Below are positions 25,768-39,465 of a stretch of DNA of 53,186 nt, one piece after another. The stretch lies in assembly GCA_000934665.2 (NCBI GenBank), contig JYFJ02002656.1, positions 1 through 53,186 of the forward strand. Direction: 5' to 3'. The stretch's first letter is position 1. Each line of letters starts with the position of its first letter. The notes beneath the pieces were generated by a model that was given only the letters and a program-made list of their open reading frames with translations, ran no database searches and was not told the DNA's origin. Both the position numbers and the translations under genes were made by a program. This DNA is from Catajapyx aquilonaris (lineage: Eukaryota).

Positions 25768-28700
25768 CGGTGCCGGAGAAGAGACTGATGGTGACGGGGA
25801 AGGTGACCTCTTTACACACCTTTTATACCAAACTCTCTTTCGTTTAAAAGAGAAGTGGGAGAGGGAGAGGAAAAGAAGAAAGAAGGGGGATGGGTGGGGG
25901 GAAAGATGGGGGATGGGGGGCCAAAAAGATGTAACAAAGGTGGAGAGAAAATGTTGTCTTTACTTCAATAATTGAGGTGTTTTGGGGATGGTAAATGGGA
26001 CTGTAACCACTCCCAGAGTGGTCGTGTGGGTGCCCGACTTTATGACACACTCGCCTTTCTAAAGAGTAGTTCTGATGCCATTGGACACAAAATTAATTGG
26101 GCTGTCATTATCAAGAGAAATACACAATGTTTCATATTAGGCCGGATCCATTGTGTACGATTTTCCCTGTAGATGTTATTAATAATTACATTAAATATTA
26201 ATCCAGGTGGTATGGAATTATACAAAAAAATTCATTTCGAATGTTTAATATTCTCGTTTGATATTATCACAAACTACTTTTAGCTACAAAAAAAATTTAT
26301 TAAGCCATACATATCATTTGTTGATGACTGCATAATTTGGATTTATTTTTAACTCCATATTATTATTATTATATATAATGTAATAATAACGCTGGTTATA
26401 GGGTCATAGAAAAATGATTTCTTTATAATAATTTGTCTTTGCAGCTAATAAATCATTTGGCACGTCATCAAAATTTTATATTATTGCAAATGGCTCATTT
26501 TGGCATGTTCTCTTAGTAACTCCATGTTTAAAAAATTGGCAACTTTCAAGATGATTTGTGCAGTTATAAAATACACAATTTGGTCTATTGTACAACATAT
26601 GTACTTAATATCATAACTATAACATAATTAATACATTGCTATTGACATTAATATAGTGTAATTAATACATTGCTATTCACATTAATATAGTGTAATTAAT
26701 ATATTGCTATTCATATTCATATAGTGTAATTAATACATTGCTATTCATATTATATTATATTAATAGTATAATTTACACAACTCATTTTTCTAAATCCATT
26801 GTCAATAGGAAACATTGAGACTAACTTTGTTATCCACTTCCATCCACAAACATCGTTATTGCAGGTTATTGTATGTATGTCAAGTTCCATTTTTTTGTTA
26901 TTGTTATTTATTTATTTATTGTTGTTAAATTCGACCTCAAAATCGAGTAAAACTCAAATTTTTGGTACAGAGGAAAAATAGGACTGGGCTAAACCAGGCT
27001 AAACCGCAGTAAGTACAGTATACGTGCGGTCATAAGCAGTGAAAGCAATACTGAAATTACTGTAACCCTCGGAAAAACAAGATCCTCAATTACAGTGACC
27101 CTATGGACGTATTCAACACCAAAAGACACTGTCTTACTATAATACGAGTTCAGCTTTCACACGGACTGTTTTAGGCCTTCAACTCCTTTTTGCGTGGGAC
27201 TAAAACAGGTTTTTGGTTGGCCTATCATGCAAATTAGGTTCTGTGATTATAATGAGGGTTTATTGCAGATCAAATGCATCGCTTAGTAATTATTTCGCAA
27301 CATTAGACCGACAGTTATGCAAATGAAAGGATCACGACTTATCGGATGAAAGCTGCTAATGATCAACTATACAAGCAAACATTGTCTCGGTTCCAGAACC
27401 GGATTTCTGATGATTAATTCTAACGAGATTTTAATGAGATTCTAATGCCACTTTATGCGTCACCATAATCTTAACTTGAATCGGTTTTAAAAGAAGGTTG
27501 AAAAGCGTTCATCTGCAATTTTTGTGCAGAAAATGGCCAGAAAATTACTATTGTTACATTTTATTCACATCATATTAAGCAAATCGTAATATATGTAACT
27601 CATAATGCTAATTCTTTCTTCTTTCTTGCTAATCCAAAAGTTTTCGCACAAACCTCCGTGAGTATTGTTCGCGTTGTATAGTGTGACATGTACCGTTCGC
27701 ACAAATGGTATCTACATGCATGATTCCAGAGTGACAGTTGAACCATGCGCGAAAAATTAAGCGATATACAACCTTGCAAAACTTCATAAATTGCAATATC
27801 GCATGTTTCCTTATAAAACATGTCAATTACTCATGTCTTTAGTACATTATTATTGCGTTGGCAGTGCGCAGCAGGTTCCACTCATTTTCTCCGGATTTCA
27901 CTTGCACGACGAATAATAATGTGGCAGAGATCAACCACATTAGCACCTGCAAATATTGGCATGTCAACAGAGCGACAGTTATTGTCAATCACGTTGGCCA
28001 CGGATGATTAATATCCTAAGAGATTTTGCGGAGAGGTTTGGGCCAGTTCCCTTGCGCTATAAGTCTTGTTACTGCAAAATATAATTCTACATAACTGTTA
28101 TTGCTGTGAAGAATATATATGCAAAAAATAATGTCAGATTTTATGCAGTTACGTTTTGCATCAACAATGCAAAATTTAAATGAAAATGTGTTTTATTTTA
28201 TTTCACAGCTGCTTTGTTCGGCTCTTCACATTTACCTGGCATCGAATAAATTGTGTGGATTTGTACGTTTTTGCAAAAAAAATAGTTTTTGATGTAATGA
28301 CACTTTTCAATTATTCAACTTTTAATATTGTGTGCAGCACTGTATGCTGAAGGCATCTTGAAATATGAGAAATTCGCATAAACATAGCCAGAGAGATTCT
28401 CACCTGCAATCTCGTCTAATTGCATGCTGAAAATTTGCAAGACGTAGTAATTAACTGAACCAACAGATGGCTCGCTGTACACTTTATGCCAATTTACTTG
28501 AATCCCATGCGCACGTGCATAGTCCCATCACAGACTAAATTTGCGGGGGGAAATTGCGAAAATTTTGCGAACTATGTTCTATACACGAGCACTGATTTGT
28601 CGACAAGGTGCTAGAAAAATGTGTCTCTGTAGCTTAAATGTAGCCTATACAAGTATGATAATGTTTAATTATTATTACACAGTGCCTATCGTTTATTGAT

Positions 28701-28970
28701 AAAGAAATGAGTATTATAATAAAAAATAGTAAAGGGAGTAATGAGGGAAACAAAAGTGGATAAAACTACAAGACAATTTATTTCTACACACATTGATACA
28801 AAAAATAATAATGATCGCAAATGGTATTTACATAGACCGGCGAATCATCGCCTTTGCACTTTAATGTATAAAGACTCACCAAACCATCACAAAAATTGAC
28901 AACAAAATTCATTGGGATAGTTGTAACTCATGCAGTTACATTAATTACACCAATGAGACGCTCTCATTAA

Positions 28971-31900
28971 TTACCATCCGTGGTGATCAAGTCCGATTCC
29001 GATTCCGTGATCCAGATGACCTCCGTATCCGTGGCCTCCGTAGCCGTGACCTCCGTACCCTCCTCCGTACCCTCCGTACCCGTAACCAATGTGAGCATCG
29101 CCGATGCCCGTGTACAGTCCCTTGTGCAGGCTGGCAGATGTGTGAGAGTGCGTGTGCACCTTGTGGATCACCGGTACCTTGTGTACCACCGGAATCTTCT
29201 TGATGACCGGTACCTCGTGCACGACCGGGTACGGCACCTTCTGCACAACAGGGTACGGAACCTTGTGGATGACCGGGACGTTGTGGACCACTGGAACCTT
29301 GTGGATGACTGGCACCTTGTGGTAGACCGGTACCTTGTGTACAACAGGGTATGGCACCTCCTTCACCACCGGGTATGGCACCTTGTGGTAGACCGGTACC
29401 TTGTGTACCACAGGGTATGGCACCTCCTTGATCACCTCCACAGGTACTTTCTGGACGACCGGGTACGGCACCTCCTTGATCACCTCTACTGGTACCTTGT
29501 GGATGACAGGTACCGGTATCTCCTTAACCACCTCCTTCACGTACACCGGCGGCGCCTCGATCTGAAAGTAAAACAAGCCGTTTCGTACGGGGTGACTCTT
29601 TCAACTTTTAAAGTTATACAGTTGACCAACTGCTAACGAGAATAGTTAAATTATAATCACCGAGTAAAAGGGCTACATGCCAAAAGTTGGGGGGATGAAA
29701 CATTGGATCTTTTTAAGACACACTCTGTCACATCAATGGTGTGTATGGGAGCCAACAAACTGGAATGTAGCTGCGAAACACCCTGTACACAACACCATCG
29801 CATGCAGTAGCCTATATGATACAGTACCACCAAGTAAGTACAAGTACTTATATTGTTAGGTAAAAATCACGATGAAGTACAACACATTTCTATACACTAC
29901 GGTTACTTACACACACCCAGAATATAAACCTTAGCAAGAGCCCCAGTCCCCATTGGTTCCAACACCGTTTCATTTTATTTATTTATAAAAAAAAAATACA
30001 CGTTGTGTTAAAGTCCATTGTTTGAACCGAACTACTCTTATTCCCCGCCTGTACATGTGATGAAGCCTCGTTTTTTAATTTTTTTGAGCAGCCCCCAGCA
30101 ATTATAGCTGGAGAAAACTACTAACCTTGTGACAATCATGGGCGTCCGCAGGATTTTCTCCATAGGAATGCAAACCATCCTGTAGGGCGACTGGAGCTGG
30201 AGTGGGAGGAGGGATGGAGGGCAGCCCATATGTGCGAAGTTGAGGAGATGGAGAGGGCAAAGTGTGGGTCAGAGGAGGAGCTGGAGTGGTGCTGGAGTGG
30301 ACAACAGTGGGTGCTGGAGAACTGGAGTGGTGAATGTCAACAGAAGGAAGAGTTGGTGCTGCTGGAGAAGGCAAACTATATGTGGACTGGAGAGGTGCTG
30401 GAGAACTGGAATGATGGATGTCAACAGAAGAAAGAGTTGGTGCTGGAGAAAGGAAACTGTAGGTTGACTGGAGAGATACTGGAGAACTCGAGTGGTGAAG
30501 GTCAACAGAAGGGATGCCATAGGTTAGCTTGGGAGGAGCTGGAGAACTGGAATGGTGAATATCAACAGAAGAAAGAGTTGGTCCTGGAGAAGGTAAGTAG
30601 GTTGACTGCAGAGGTGCTGGAGAACTGGAGTGGTGAATGTCAAAGGTAGAAAGCGTTGGTCCTGGAGAAGGTAAGTAGGTGGACTGGAAAGGTGCTGGAG
30701 AACTGGAATGGTGAAGGTCAACAGAAGAGATGTCATAGGTTAGCTTGGGAGGAGGTGGAGAACTGGAGTGGTGAATGTCAACGGTAGAAAGAGTTGGTCC
30801 TGGAGAAGGTAAGTAGGTGGACTGGATAGGTGCTGGAGAACTGGAGTGGTGAAAGTCTACAGAAGAGATGTGGCCATAGGTTAGCTTGGGAGGAGCTGGA
30901 GAACTGGAATGGTGAATATCAACAGAAGGGATGTCGTAGGTTAGCTTAGGAGGAGCTGGAGAACTGGAGACAACTAGTGGTGCTGGAGAACTGGAGTGTT
31001 TTATGTCAACATTGGGGATTTGGGGTGCTGGAGAAGGCAGCTCGTATGCCAGTTTATGGGCTGGAGAATGATGGAAATCTACAGAATTAACCAGTGAAGG
31101 ATAGACATAGTGAGGGGCTGGATAATTGTATTGAAGTGTGTGTGCTGGAGCCAGCTCTGGATAACTAGAGTGTTGTATGTCGTATGAAGGAGGCGCTGGA
31201 TATCTGGAGTAATGAGTGTCAATAGCAGGAGCTGGAGAAAGTGAAGCATACGTTTCCTTATGAGGAGCTGGAGTGTCACAAGGGTCAGTTGACGGTGCTG
31301 GAGAAGGTAAACAGCATGGTGGAAGAGGTGCTGGAGAACTGGAAGGTTGAATGGCATACGACTGGAAGGTCGAGGCATACGAATTCTGAGGGGCCACTAG
31401 GGAAACTGGAGGTTGAAGGTCAGGTGAGGGCAAGTAAGAGGCTGACTGAGCAGGCTGGAGGTCAGAGGTCGCTGGAGGATGCTTAGGCGGGTAAAGTGAC
31501 TGGATGAAAGGACAATGGAAATTTTTTCATGTCATTCATTTCCACAAAATAATTTTCATGACAAACTGACTGCGAATGCCCATGACCACGTAATGATGTC
31601 GTTTCATACCAAAAAAAATTGCAAATTGGCAAAAAAAAACCGGATCGGAAAAAGGTGCAAACCTGTCTCATTGATTTGTGTCCTGAGGTAATCCCCACCC
31701 AGCCAGACTCTCGAAAGCAAAGACTTTCACACATCCTCAAGAGAGAGATCGACACTTCGGCCAATGAATTCACAAGCAATGCCATTAAAGGTCATTTCCA
31801 TTTGGCTCCAAAACTTTCTCTTTTAGAAAACCTGCCCAATCCTGACATAATTCATATATAGTCAAGGGCCGCCCTGGATTTTTACGTAACTCCGGGGGGT

Positions 31901-33701
31901 GGTTGTTACCTAGTCAATTCTGTAACAACAAAAGCAGGCGGTTATACTTCGGCTTATTACGTACGCCAGGCATATTATATGAAATTGTGTCGCATGTATG
32001 GGAGACATATACAAAGAAAGTTCGTATAACAATCATTGAAAGTTGATAGTAATTTAATATACAATATTCTTATATCTGTTACTTCCGTTTACACTTCCGG
32101 TGCAATCTTTGCGTAGATTCCCATAGGACATTCACATGCAATTTATTGTTACAGTTTTACGTGCAGCTTATTTTTACAATAGTCTATTACGTCAGGTAAA
32201 AATTCATAAACAAGCCCTGAATACGCGGATAATCAATTTCTTCCTTGAAATTACTGTACGTGAAATTATGAATATATCTATAAAATCACAGCCTACATGA
32301 CATTAGCATCAATAATGTGAATTATAGAGCATAATTATTGCGTATGGCTCTTTAATGTTCAATTTTTTTAAAATATTAACTGCTAATTAATTACAATCCT
32401 AATCTCTTCATTAACGGGCACGTCCTCGCATAAATGAACAAAATATAATGTATTCACATAATTATATTAACTCATTTTAACCAAAAAAAATTGGAAATAA
32501 ATAATATTACTCGATACATATCAACCTCAAGGGTTAAATAACAATTATTGTTAACAGTCCGCGATTTAACAATCACACATACCGAACACCTTATGTACAC
32601 ATGTGCCACTAATTGCATATAATTACAGGGCTGTACTAGAAAAGAAAAAAATTAACCCTGCAATATTCTGTTCATAACCAACCTTCTGTACACATGTGCC
32701 AACTAATTACAACCCCTAATTTTTTTACCATTAAAAAGGTCCGTGGCAAACCGCACTTTGCCACAAAAATTCATACTCCTGCAATTTTCCATCCAACAAA
32801 TTACTTTCACTTATAAGCACCACCAACCTAACAAGCTTTTTTAAAAAAAATGACCTCAAACTTACATGTCCAGCGTCCGAAGATTTGACCAGAACTCCAA
32901 CCACAGCCACCAACCAGAACATCATCTGCAAATTAATTTTAAAAAACAATCACATCAGCTGCAAATATTAACAAATTGATAAATGCAAATTGATAATTAA
33001 TCAGCAAAATTCGGTTGAAAAATTCTTATAAAATAGGTTTGAGAGACTGATGGAAGAGTTGAAACGTGAAAATTTTTTGGATAGCAAATCATCAAATCAA
33101 TTTTAAATTTGTTGATATTTGATTTCCCCTGATTTATTATTAATATTTCAACTCTTCCATTACTCTCTAGCTATTTTATAATAATTTTCACAAAAAAAAA
33201 GTTTTCCTGATTTATTATCAATTTCTCTTCCATCTCCATCTACTCGTATTTTTGAATTGAAAAAATTGATAAGATATCAAGAAATGACATTTTTGTGAAA
33301 AATCGTTATAAAATAGGTCCCAGAGAGAGGGAAGAATAGAAAAATTGATAATAAATCTCTCTCTATTGGGGAAGCAAAAATTATCTTGGAAAATTACTAT
33401 AAAAATATAGGTAGAGATACGAATTGAAAATTAATTTTAAAAAATAAGGACAGAATTTTTTTGCGAAAAATTATTATAAAATAGGTCGAGAGACTTGAAA
33501 AATTGAAAATAGATCAGGAAATCACATTTGTGTGAAAAATTATTACAAAATAAGTAGTGTGTTGGAAAAAAATTGAACAATATTGAAAATAAAATCAGCA
33601 AAACAAATTTCTTTTTAAATTTTTTTTTTTTTAAAAAAAACGTAAGAGAGTGATGGAAGCTTGATATAATAACACTGTGTGTCACTCACATGGTTGGCCA
33701 T
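28971..33701 (-). CDS. Secreted low-complexity cuticle-type protein 2; exons 33701-33690, 32925-32866, 31481-30126 (SSSPAP repeats), 29561-28971 (VPYPV repeats + GYGG tail)
   Basis: MANH|MMFWLVAVVGVLVKSSDAGH; all junctions phase 0; last exon shares VHTHSHTS.SL.KGL with protein 1; TATAAAG at ~33761-33767. Confidence 0.85.
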
Positions 33702-36700
33702 GTTGTTGACTAAAGGGTGATCCAAAACGATGTGAAGGGAAAGGGCAATCGGGTACAAACCTTTATACCAGGAAGAAGGTCGTTAAGTGAAAAGGAGGGG
33801 TGGGTTTGGGGGGGAGGGAGGGAAGGAGAGACGTACTTGGGGAGGGTGGGAGGGAAGGTGAAAAAGGAAGAGAGAGAGAGATATCTTGAACTTTTTTTCT
33901 CTCTCTCTCTCTCTCTCTCTTATGTCGATGGTTGGCTCCAGATGTTATGCTTTGACTTAGCAACTTTTTTCGCCCCCTTTCACATGTAAACTGGTTTACA
34001 CACATGTGGAGCAATACATAAGCAGATTTATATCCCCCCCACCCCTCCTCGTATGACCAGCACTGACCAAACAGCGTAATCACGGTGAAACTCACTCAAT
34101 TAGAAATCCTCCAGGTTTTCCAGCCGAACATTTTGATGGACATAAGTTACCGAAGAAGTGTCGTAATATTTTCCGCAATATGATGGTCATTTTTTTACAA
34201 GTATGATTTACGTTTGTTATTATGACAGGTACAGTGTACACAAACTGCAATTGTCAAGTTTTATTTGAGCTGTACATTTTTTAATGACTTTATAGTGCTG
34301 CAAATAAACAAATAAATATAAAATAATTTGCAAAAAAAAAAGGGTTCATAGCTCTACATATGCATAGATCAGGAATAATGGGTAGGCCCTATTGTATAAA
34401 ATAATTAAGTCAATAAATAATACAAAATAATAGTCAAATAATCGTATGCATAACCAGGAATTATGGGTATTGCATAAAATAATTAAATATTAAATAACAA
34501 ATAAAAATAAAAATAATAAAGAGTTCAAAGATCTACTGTATACGTAATATGCATAATCAGAAAATAATAATGGGTATGTTATACGAGTATGAAACGACCG
34601 ATTTGACGGCAACAATATAAGTCACGAATAATCCGGAAGAATTGGGTACAAAACGGGTATTAAGCGGTGGGATTTGGAGCTCAACCTGAGCATTTCCTGG
34701 GCCATTTTCATGACAAACGTTATGCAAAAAAAAAAAAAAGTTTTTAGTGCCACTAGCTCTCTTATTGTGTCCAGAAGAGAGAAAAAAAAGAGACAGCAAG
34801 TTACATTATTATAAATCCGATCGTAGCTCAACTAATAACAACAATGCACAGTACGTCACGTTATGAACGTTCTGCTCTTAACGAAACACACAAAACATGA
34901 CTACACCCACAAGATTTGTATACTTTGAGTCGAAGATTATGTTTTATCTGCTTCATTAGAGAAGAAAACTGTAATCACGACACGTTGTGCTTCGACTCCC
35001 TATAGTACAACCAAATAACTTTGGCAATGATCCATCAGAGATTATAATGATGAAACTATTGGGAGAGAAAATTATTTATCACAAAGTAGTGTTGTCACTC
35101 TTGCATTACCAGTAATTCAGGTATCATGTTACAGGCTGAATAAAAATTAATGCTGGCAAAAGAAATGATCTGAATTAATTATTATCGGCCACATTTCCTA
35201 CATTACATATGCTAAACATTGGTGTCAATGTTTGTGTTATAGTAATGATAATTATGTTTAAAATAATTAGCCTAAGTTCGTGCAGTGAATCTGTATTCAG
35301 ATTAATTACAAGTAGTTATAATATAAAATTACCAATTAATTACAATGCAATTCATTATCAATTATAGTGAATTATAATTATTTCATGAAAATAATTCTGG
35401 AATTGCACAGGCTCCAGCTGACTAATCTTATTATTTTATTTGTTATGTTAGTTATTAATATAATTAGGTACATTAATCTAATTTAATTATTAATAGCATT
35501 AGGTACATTAATCTAATTTAATTATTAATAAATTACTGTACTAAAATTGATTGTAATTAATTACATTAATTTATAAAAACCATTCTGGAATTTCACAGGT
35601 TCTAGTTGACTAACCTTATTGGTACATTAATTATCACATTAATTATTATTAAGATATGATTGATTATAATTAATTGCATTAATTCATGGAAACAATTATT
35701 CTGGAATTTCACAGGCTCCAGCTGACTAACCTTATTAATCACTAATTAATTAATAATCATAATTACTCATTACATTAGTATATATATTAAATTAATTATT
35801 ATAATTAACAAATGATTACATAAAATATAGTAATTAAATTAATTACAATTAACAAATGATTACATAAAATATAGTAATTAAATTAATTACAATTAACAAA
35901 TGATTACATAAAATATGGTAATTAAATTAATTATAATCAATTACCAAGTACATTAATTCATGGAAACAATTCTGGGATTTCACTTCAGTTGACTAATCTT
36001 CAGGGTATTTTTATATGCCCTTGTAACAATCTATAGGCCATCCGTCCACTTTCAGCAATTAATACATTATTATTGCTCAAACATTGAAAGCGAGCATCGT
36101 CGTGACCTGTCCAAGTGTACATTGGTGATGAGGCAAACAGACTATAAATTAGAAAACGATGCTGAAGTTTTGCCATGGAATTCTTCCAGTTTTAAAAAGT
36201 GACAAATGTGTGAAAGGAGGATAATGCGACGCGCAAGAGAGAGAAAAAAAATATCTAAATAATTGGCAAAAACCATGGGACTGCATCTTGATTCTGAAAG
36301 TTGATTATGGTGCATGGGGGGGCAGGTTTGAACGACCTTCTCTGAACTTGCTGTGTTTGTACGTGGTCATGGCATACGTCGCTTCAACTGTGAGATTTAA
36401 TCAATGCGCATTAATATCCTAACAATATTACAAAAAAATACTTGAACCTCAGTACAACACATTTCATATAGTTATTAGTGGGCGTAGTCAGAAAATTTTC
36501 CCATAAACAAAAATTGTAATCAATTATTGTCAGAGGTTGTCCTCATCTGTAATTTAAATGCTTCATTATTTAATTGCTTTTTATACGACGTTGTACCGGA
36601 CTCACTTTCGCTTCCCCTCAAGTCCACGTCAAGTTATGCAAATGCAAACTTCCGCCACTTTACCTCACACGTCCACATTTTTATTAAAGGAATTTTCTTT

Positions 36701-37209
36701 TTTACTCCAGAATGCTCCTGTAACACAGCCGGTCTAGTGAGATAGAAAAAAATTAGGGCCGTTCAACCCTTCTGTAATTACTAGGACAAAATATTGGTAA
36801 CCTTACAGAGCAAGAAACTCTCGAGGCAAATGTCCTTGTAAAATTGGGGGGAAAAAAAGAAACCAGATTATGTAGAAGTGGTCCATAAAAAATGTAGGTG
36901 ATGGTTGCCCAGGTTTTTTAAAAAATTATGTAAGTTTGACCCCCCCTGTAGCAGGTTCTTCCAAAATTCTTGCAAGTCACACCGAGCAAACATGACACGT
37001 AAAAATGAGGTTTGTGTCATCCTTTCCCTCCGTCAACTTACATATTTTAACTGTAATCTACTAAATGTCAATAGCTGGAAGGCCATACGATAAGCAAACT
37101 ATTGAGAACAAAAATATTGATGATCCGAACCAGTCTTGCCTACGAGCGAAGCTTGTCCCATTATTAACAGTAATAAACCAAATTTTAAATGTCAATATTT
37201 TTTTAAAAA

Positions 37210-37515
37210 ATTAACAGCGTACTGGAAGAATAATATGTTGTCCGATAAGGTACGATGCAATTTTTTAATTCAGAAATATTCGATGCTGAAAAATAATTTT
37301 TAATAAGCGTACTGGAAAAAAAAAATCTCATTAGACACAATGCAATTTTTAAACACAGAAAAACAATTTTTAATAACAGCGTACTGGAAGAAAAATATAT
37401 TAATCCCATAAGGTACAATGCAATTTTTTAATTCAGAAAATTTTTAGTGCATTTTTTAATAGCAGCGTACTGGAAGAAAAAAATTATCCCATAAGGCGTG
37501 ATGCAATTTTTAAAC
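37210..37515. repeat. Degenerate tandem repeat (~70-90 bp)
   Basis: AGCGTACTGGAA...ATAAGGTAC.ATGCAATTTTT recurs four times. Confidence 0.75.
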
Positions 37516-39465
37516 GCTCGGTATGTAATCGGATTTGTCCTGAAAATTAAGTAATCATGTATTACACGGACATGTACATAATCAGGTACGCTTTCGAGCA
37601 AAAATGTTATCTCGTCGCTAATGCCATTAAGTAGTGATATCAAGGCTCTTTTGTTTGAATTGGTCAGGTCAGGCGAGGTTCACAGCTCTTTCCGAAGTCA
37701 GCTTTCCATGGTTTTGAATGGAGAACCTCGCCTCAACTGGATTCTGCACTTCCGCTTTTCTTTACTGCCGGAGAGCAATTTTCTTTTGAAGCAAGCAACA
37801 ATCAGTACCAGCCCTGTAATGGCTCAGACTCAATTTTACACAATTTAGTACAGGTCCATTTTCACTTCATTTTTCGGGGCAGACATACCCACACGGCACA
37901 TAATAATGGTTCCGGCGCATAATTGCTCCGTAACAGGCGCATCAAACCGCTAATCACACCAATTAGTTACAACATATTCTGCTTCCCCTTCATATCAATC
38001 ATGCGCATTCCTTCAGTCAACGTGAAAGCCCCCCTTTTCGACGGAAGTGTGGGAATAGGGAAAGTGTAGGCGAGACGCGCGCACTGGACAAACCAGTTCA
38101 ACCCCGCCTACTCAATTTTACATTATGCCACTGCCCCAAACACTTTAACTGGTTCCTTTTTGCCCATCACTTTGATCCTTGATTGTATTCATGACGAGGG
38201 GGGGAGAAGGTTGAAACGAGACAAAAAAAAGGGGGGGATAAAAAAACTGAAAGCACGGCACACTTTTACGGTTTGAGGGGGTAAGAGCGACTAAGGGGAA
38301 GTGCACACAAAAAAAATAATAGTCGACTCCACCTTTTTCCGGTTGCTTATGAAACATGCCTAGGTGATTTTCTCTCCCGAAAACTGGTCGGTTCCTGGTT
38401 CTTCTCTCGGTTTATTGAAGGACAAGGTTTCGTAACATCAGTCTTCGGGGGGGAAATCGAGTTTTAACGAACTCCGCCTTAATCACAGAGCAGCAATTAA
38501 ATCAACCGAAACCATGCTATCTGAATAATTTATTAAATGTTATCAAAATTATGTGTACAAATAATAACAGAAAATTTGCACGAGAAGAGTTCAGGTGATT
38601 GTCATCAACTCTTATGCTAACTAATCTCCGAATCATAATTACATCCGGATGTAGCTCATAGTATAAAACGACGCATTTGAAAATAAATAAAAATCAGCAA
38701 ATACTATAAAATCAGTTTTAATCGCACGGCAGCTCAAATCAACCGTAACGACCAACACACATTCTATCTGAATAATTTATTGAATATTATCAAAATAACA
38801 AGATGTGTCCAAATGTAACAGAAAATTCACACTCGAAGAGTTACAAAAAAAGATAAATTGCAGACGATTGGCATCATCACCTCTTCACACCAACTGAAGA
38901 ACCTCTGAATGTTAATTGTAATTATATCATGACGGGAGCTCATTAACAGCATAAAATGAGCTGCGCTTTTTTTCAAATATAGAGGTACATTTAAAAAAAT
39001 AAAAATCAGTACATTACTATCATTTGATAGCTCAGACTCATTGCTGTGTGTGTATAAAAAAAGGTTATAATGTATCTAGCCGTTTTTTTTAAATATACAG
39101 AAAGAGGTCTTTTAAAAATGATAGCATTATCTTATAACATTCAAAAATAACTGAAGCAAAATTCTTAGAACTTCAAAAGCCCATTTGGCCCACATGAACA
39201 CACTGTCGGCTTCAAAATGCACTTGTCCGTAACCCGTGATGAACCAAATTGGACTCTACAAGTATTACTTCTTTTTTTGTCCTGTACTTGTATCATTATG
39301 AAAATAAAAAAAGGCACTGAGATCTTCAAGCTATCCTGAGAGGTTGCAAAGTCAGTGAACATCCAACTTCAAAAGCATGACTGCGAACCCCGCCACTTTG
39401 AAGTCTTTCAGACATCTGAATATCCACACTTTGTCTTGTGGCACACACACAAACTCGATCCATCT

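Noticed and set aside
28980..30649. + strand ORFs (218, 139 aa) and 24425-24886 ORFs
   Set aside because: Antisense shadows of repetitive - strand coding exons.
37560..37850. Coding-like GC-richer segment
   Set aside because: Stops in likely frames; no recognisable homology.
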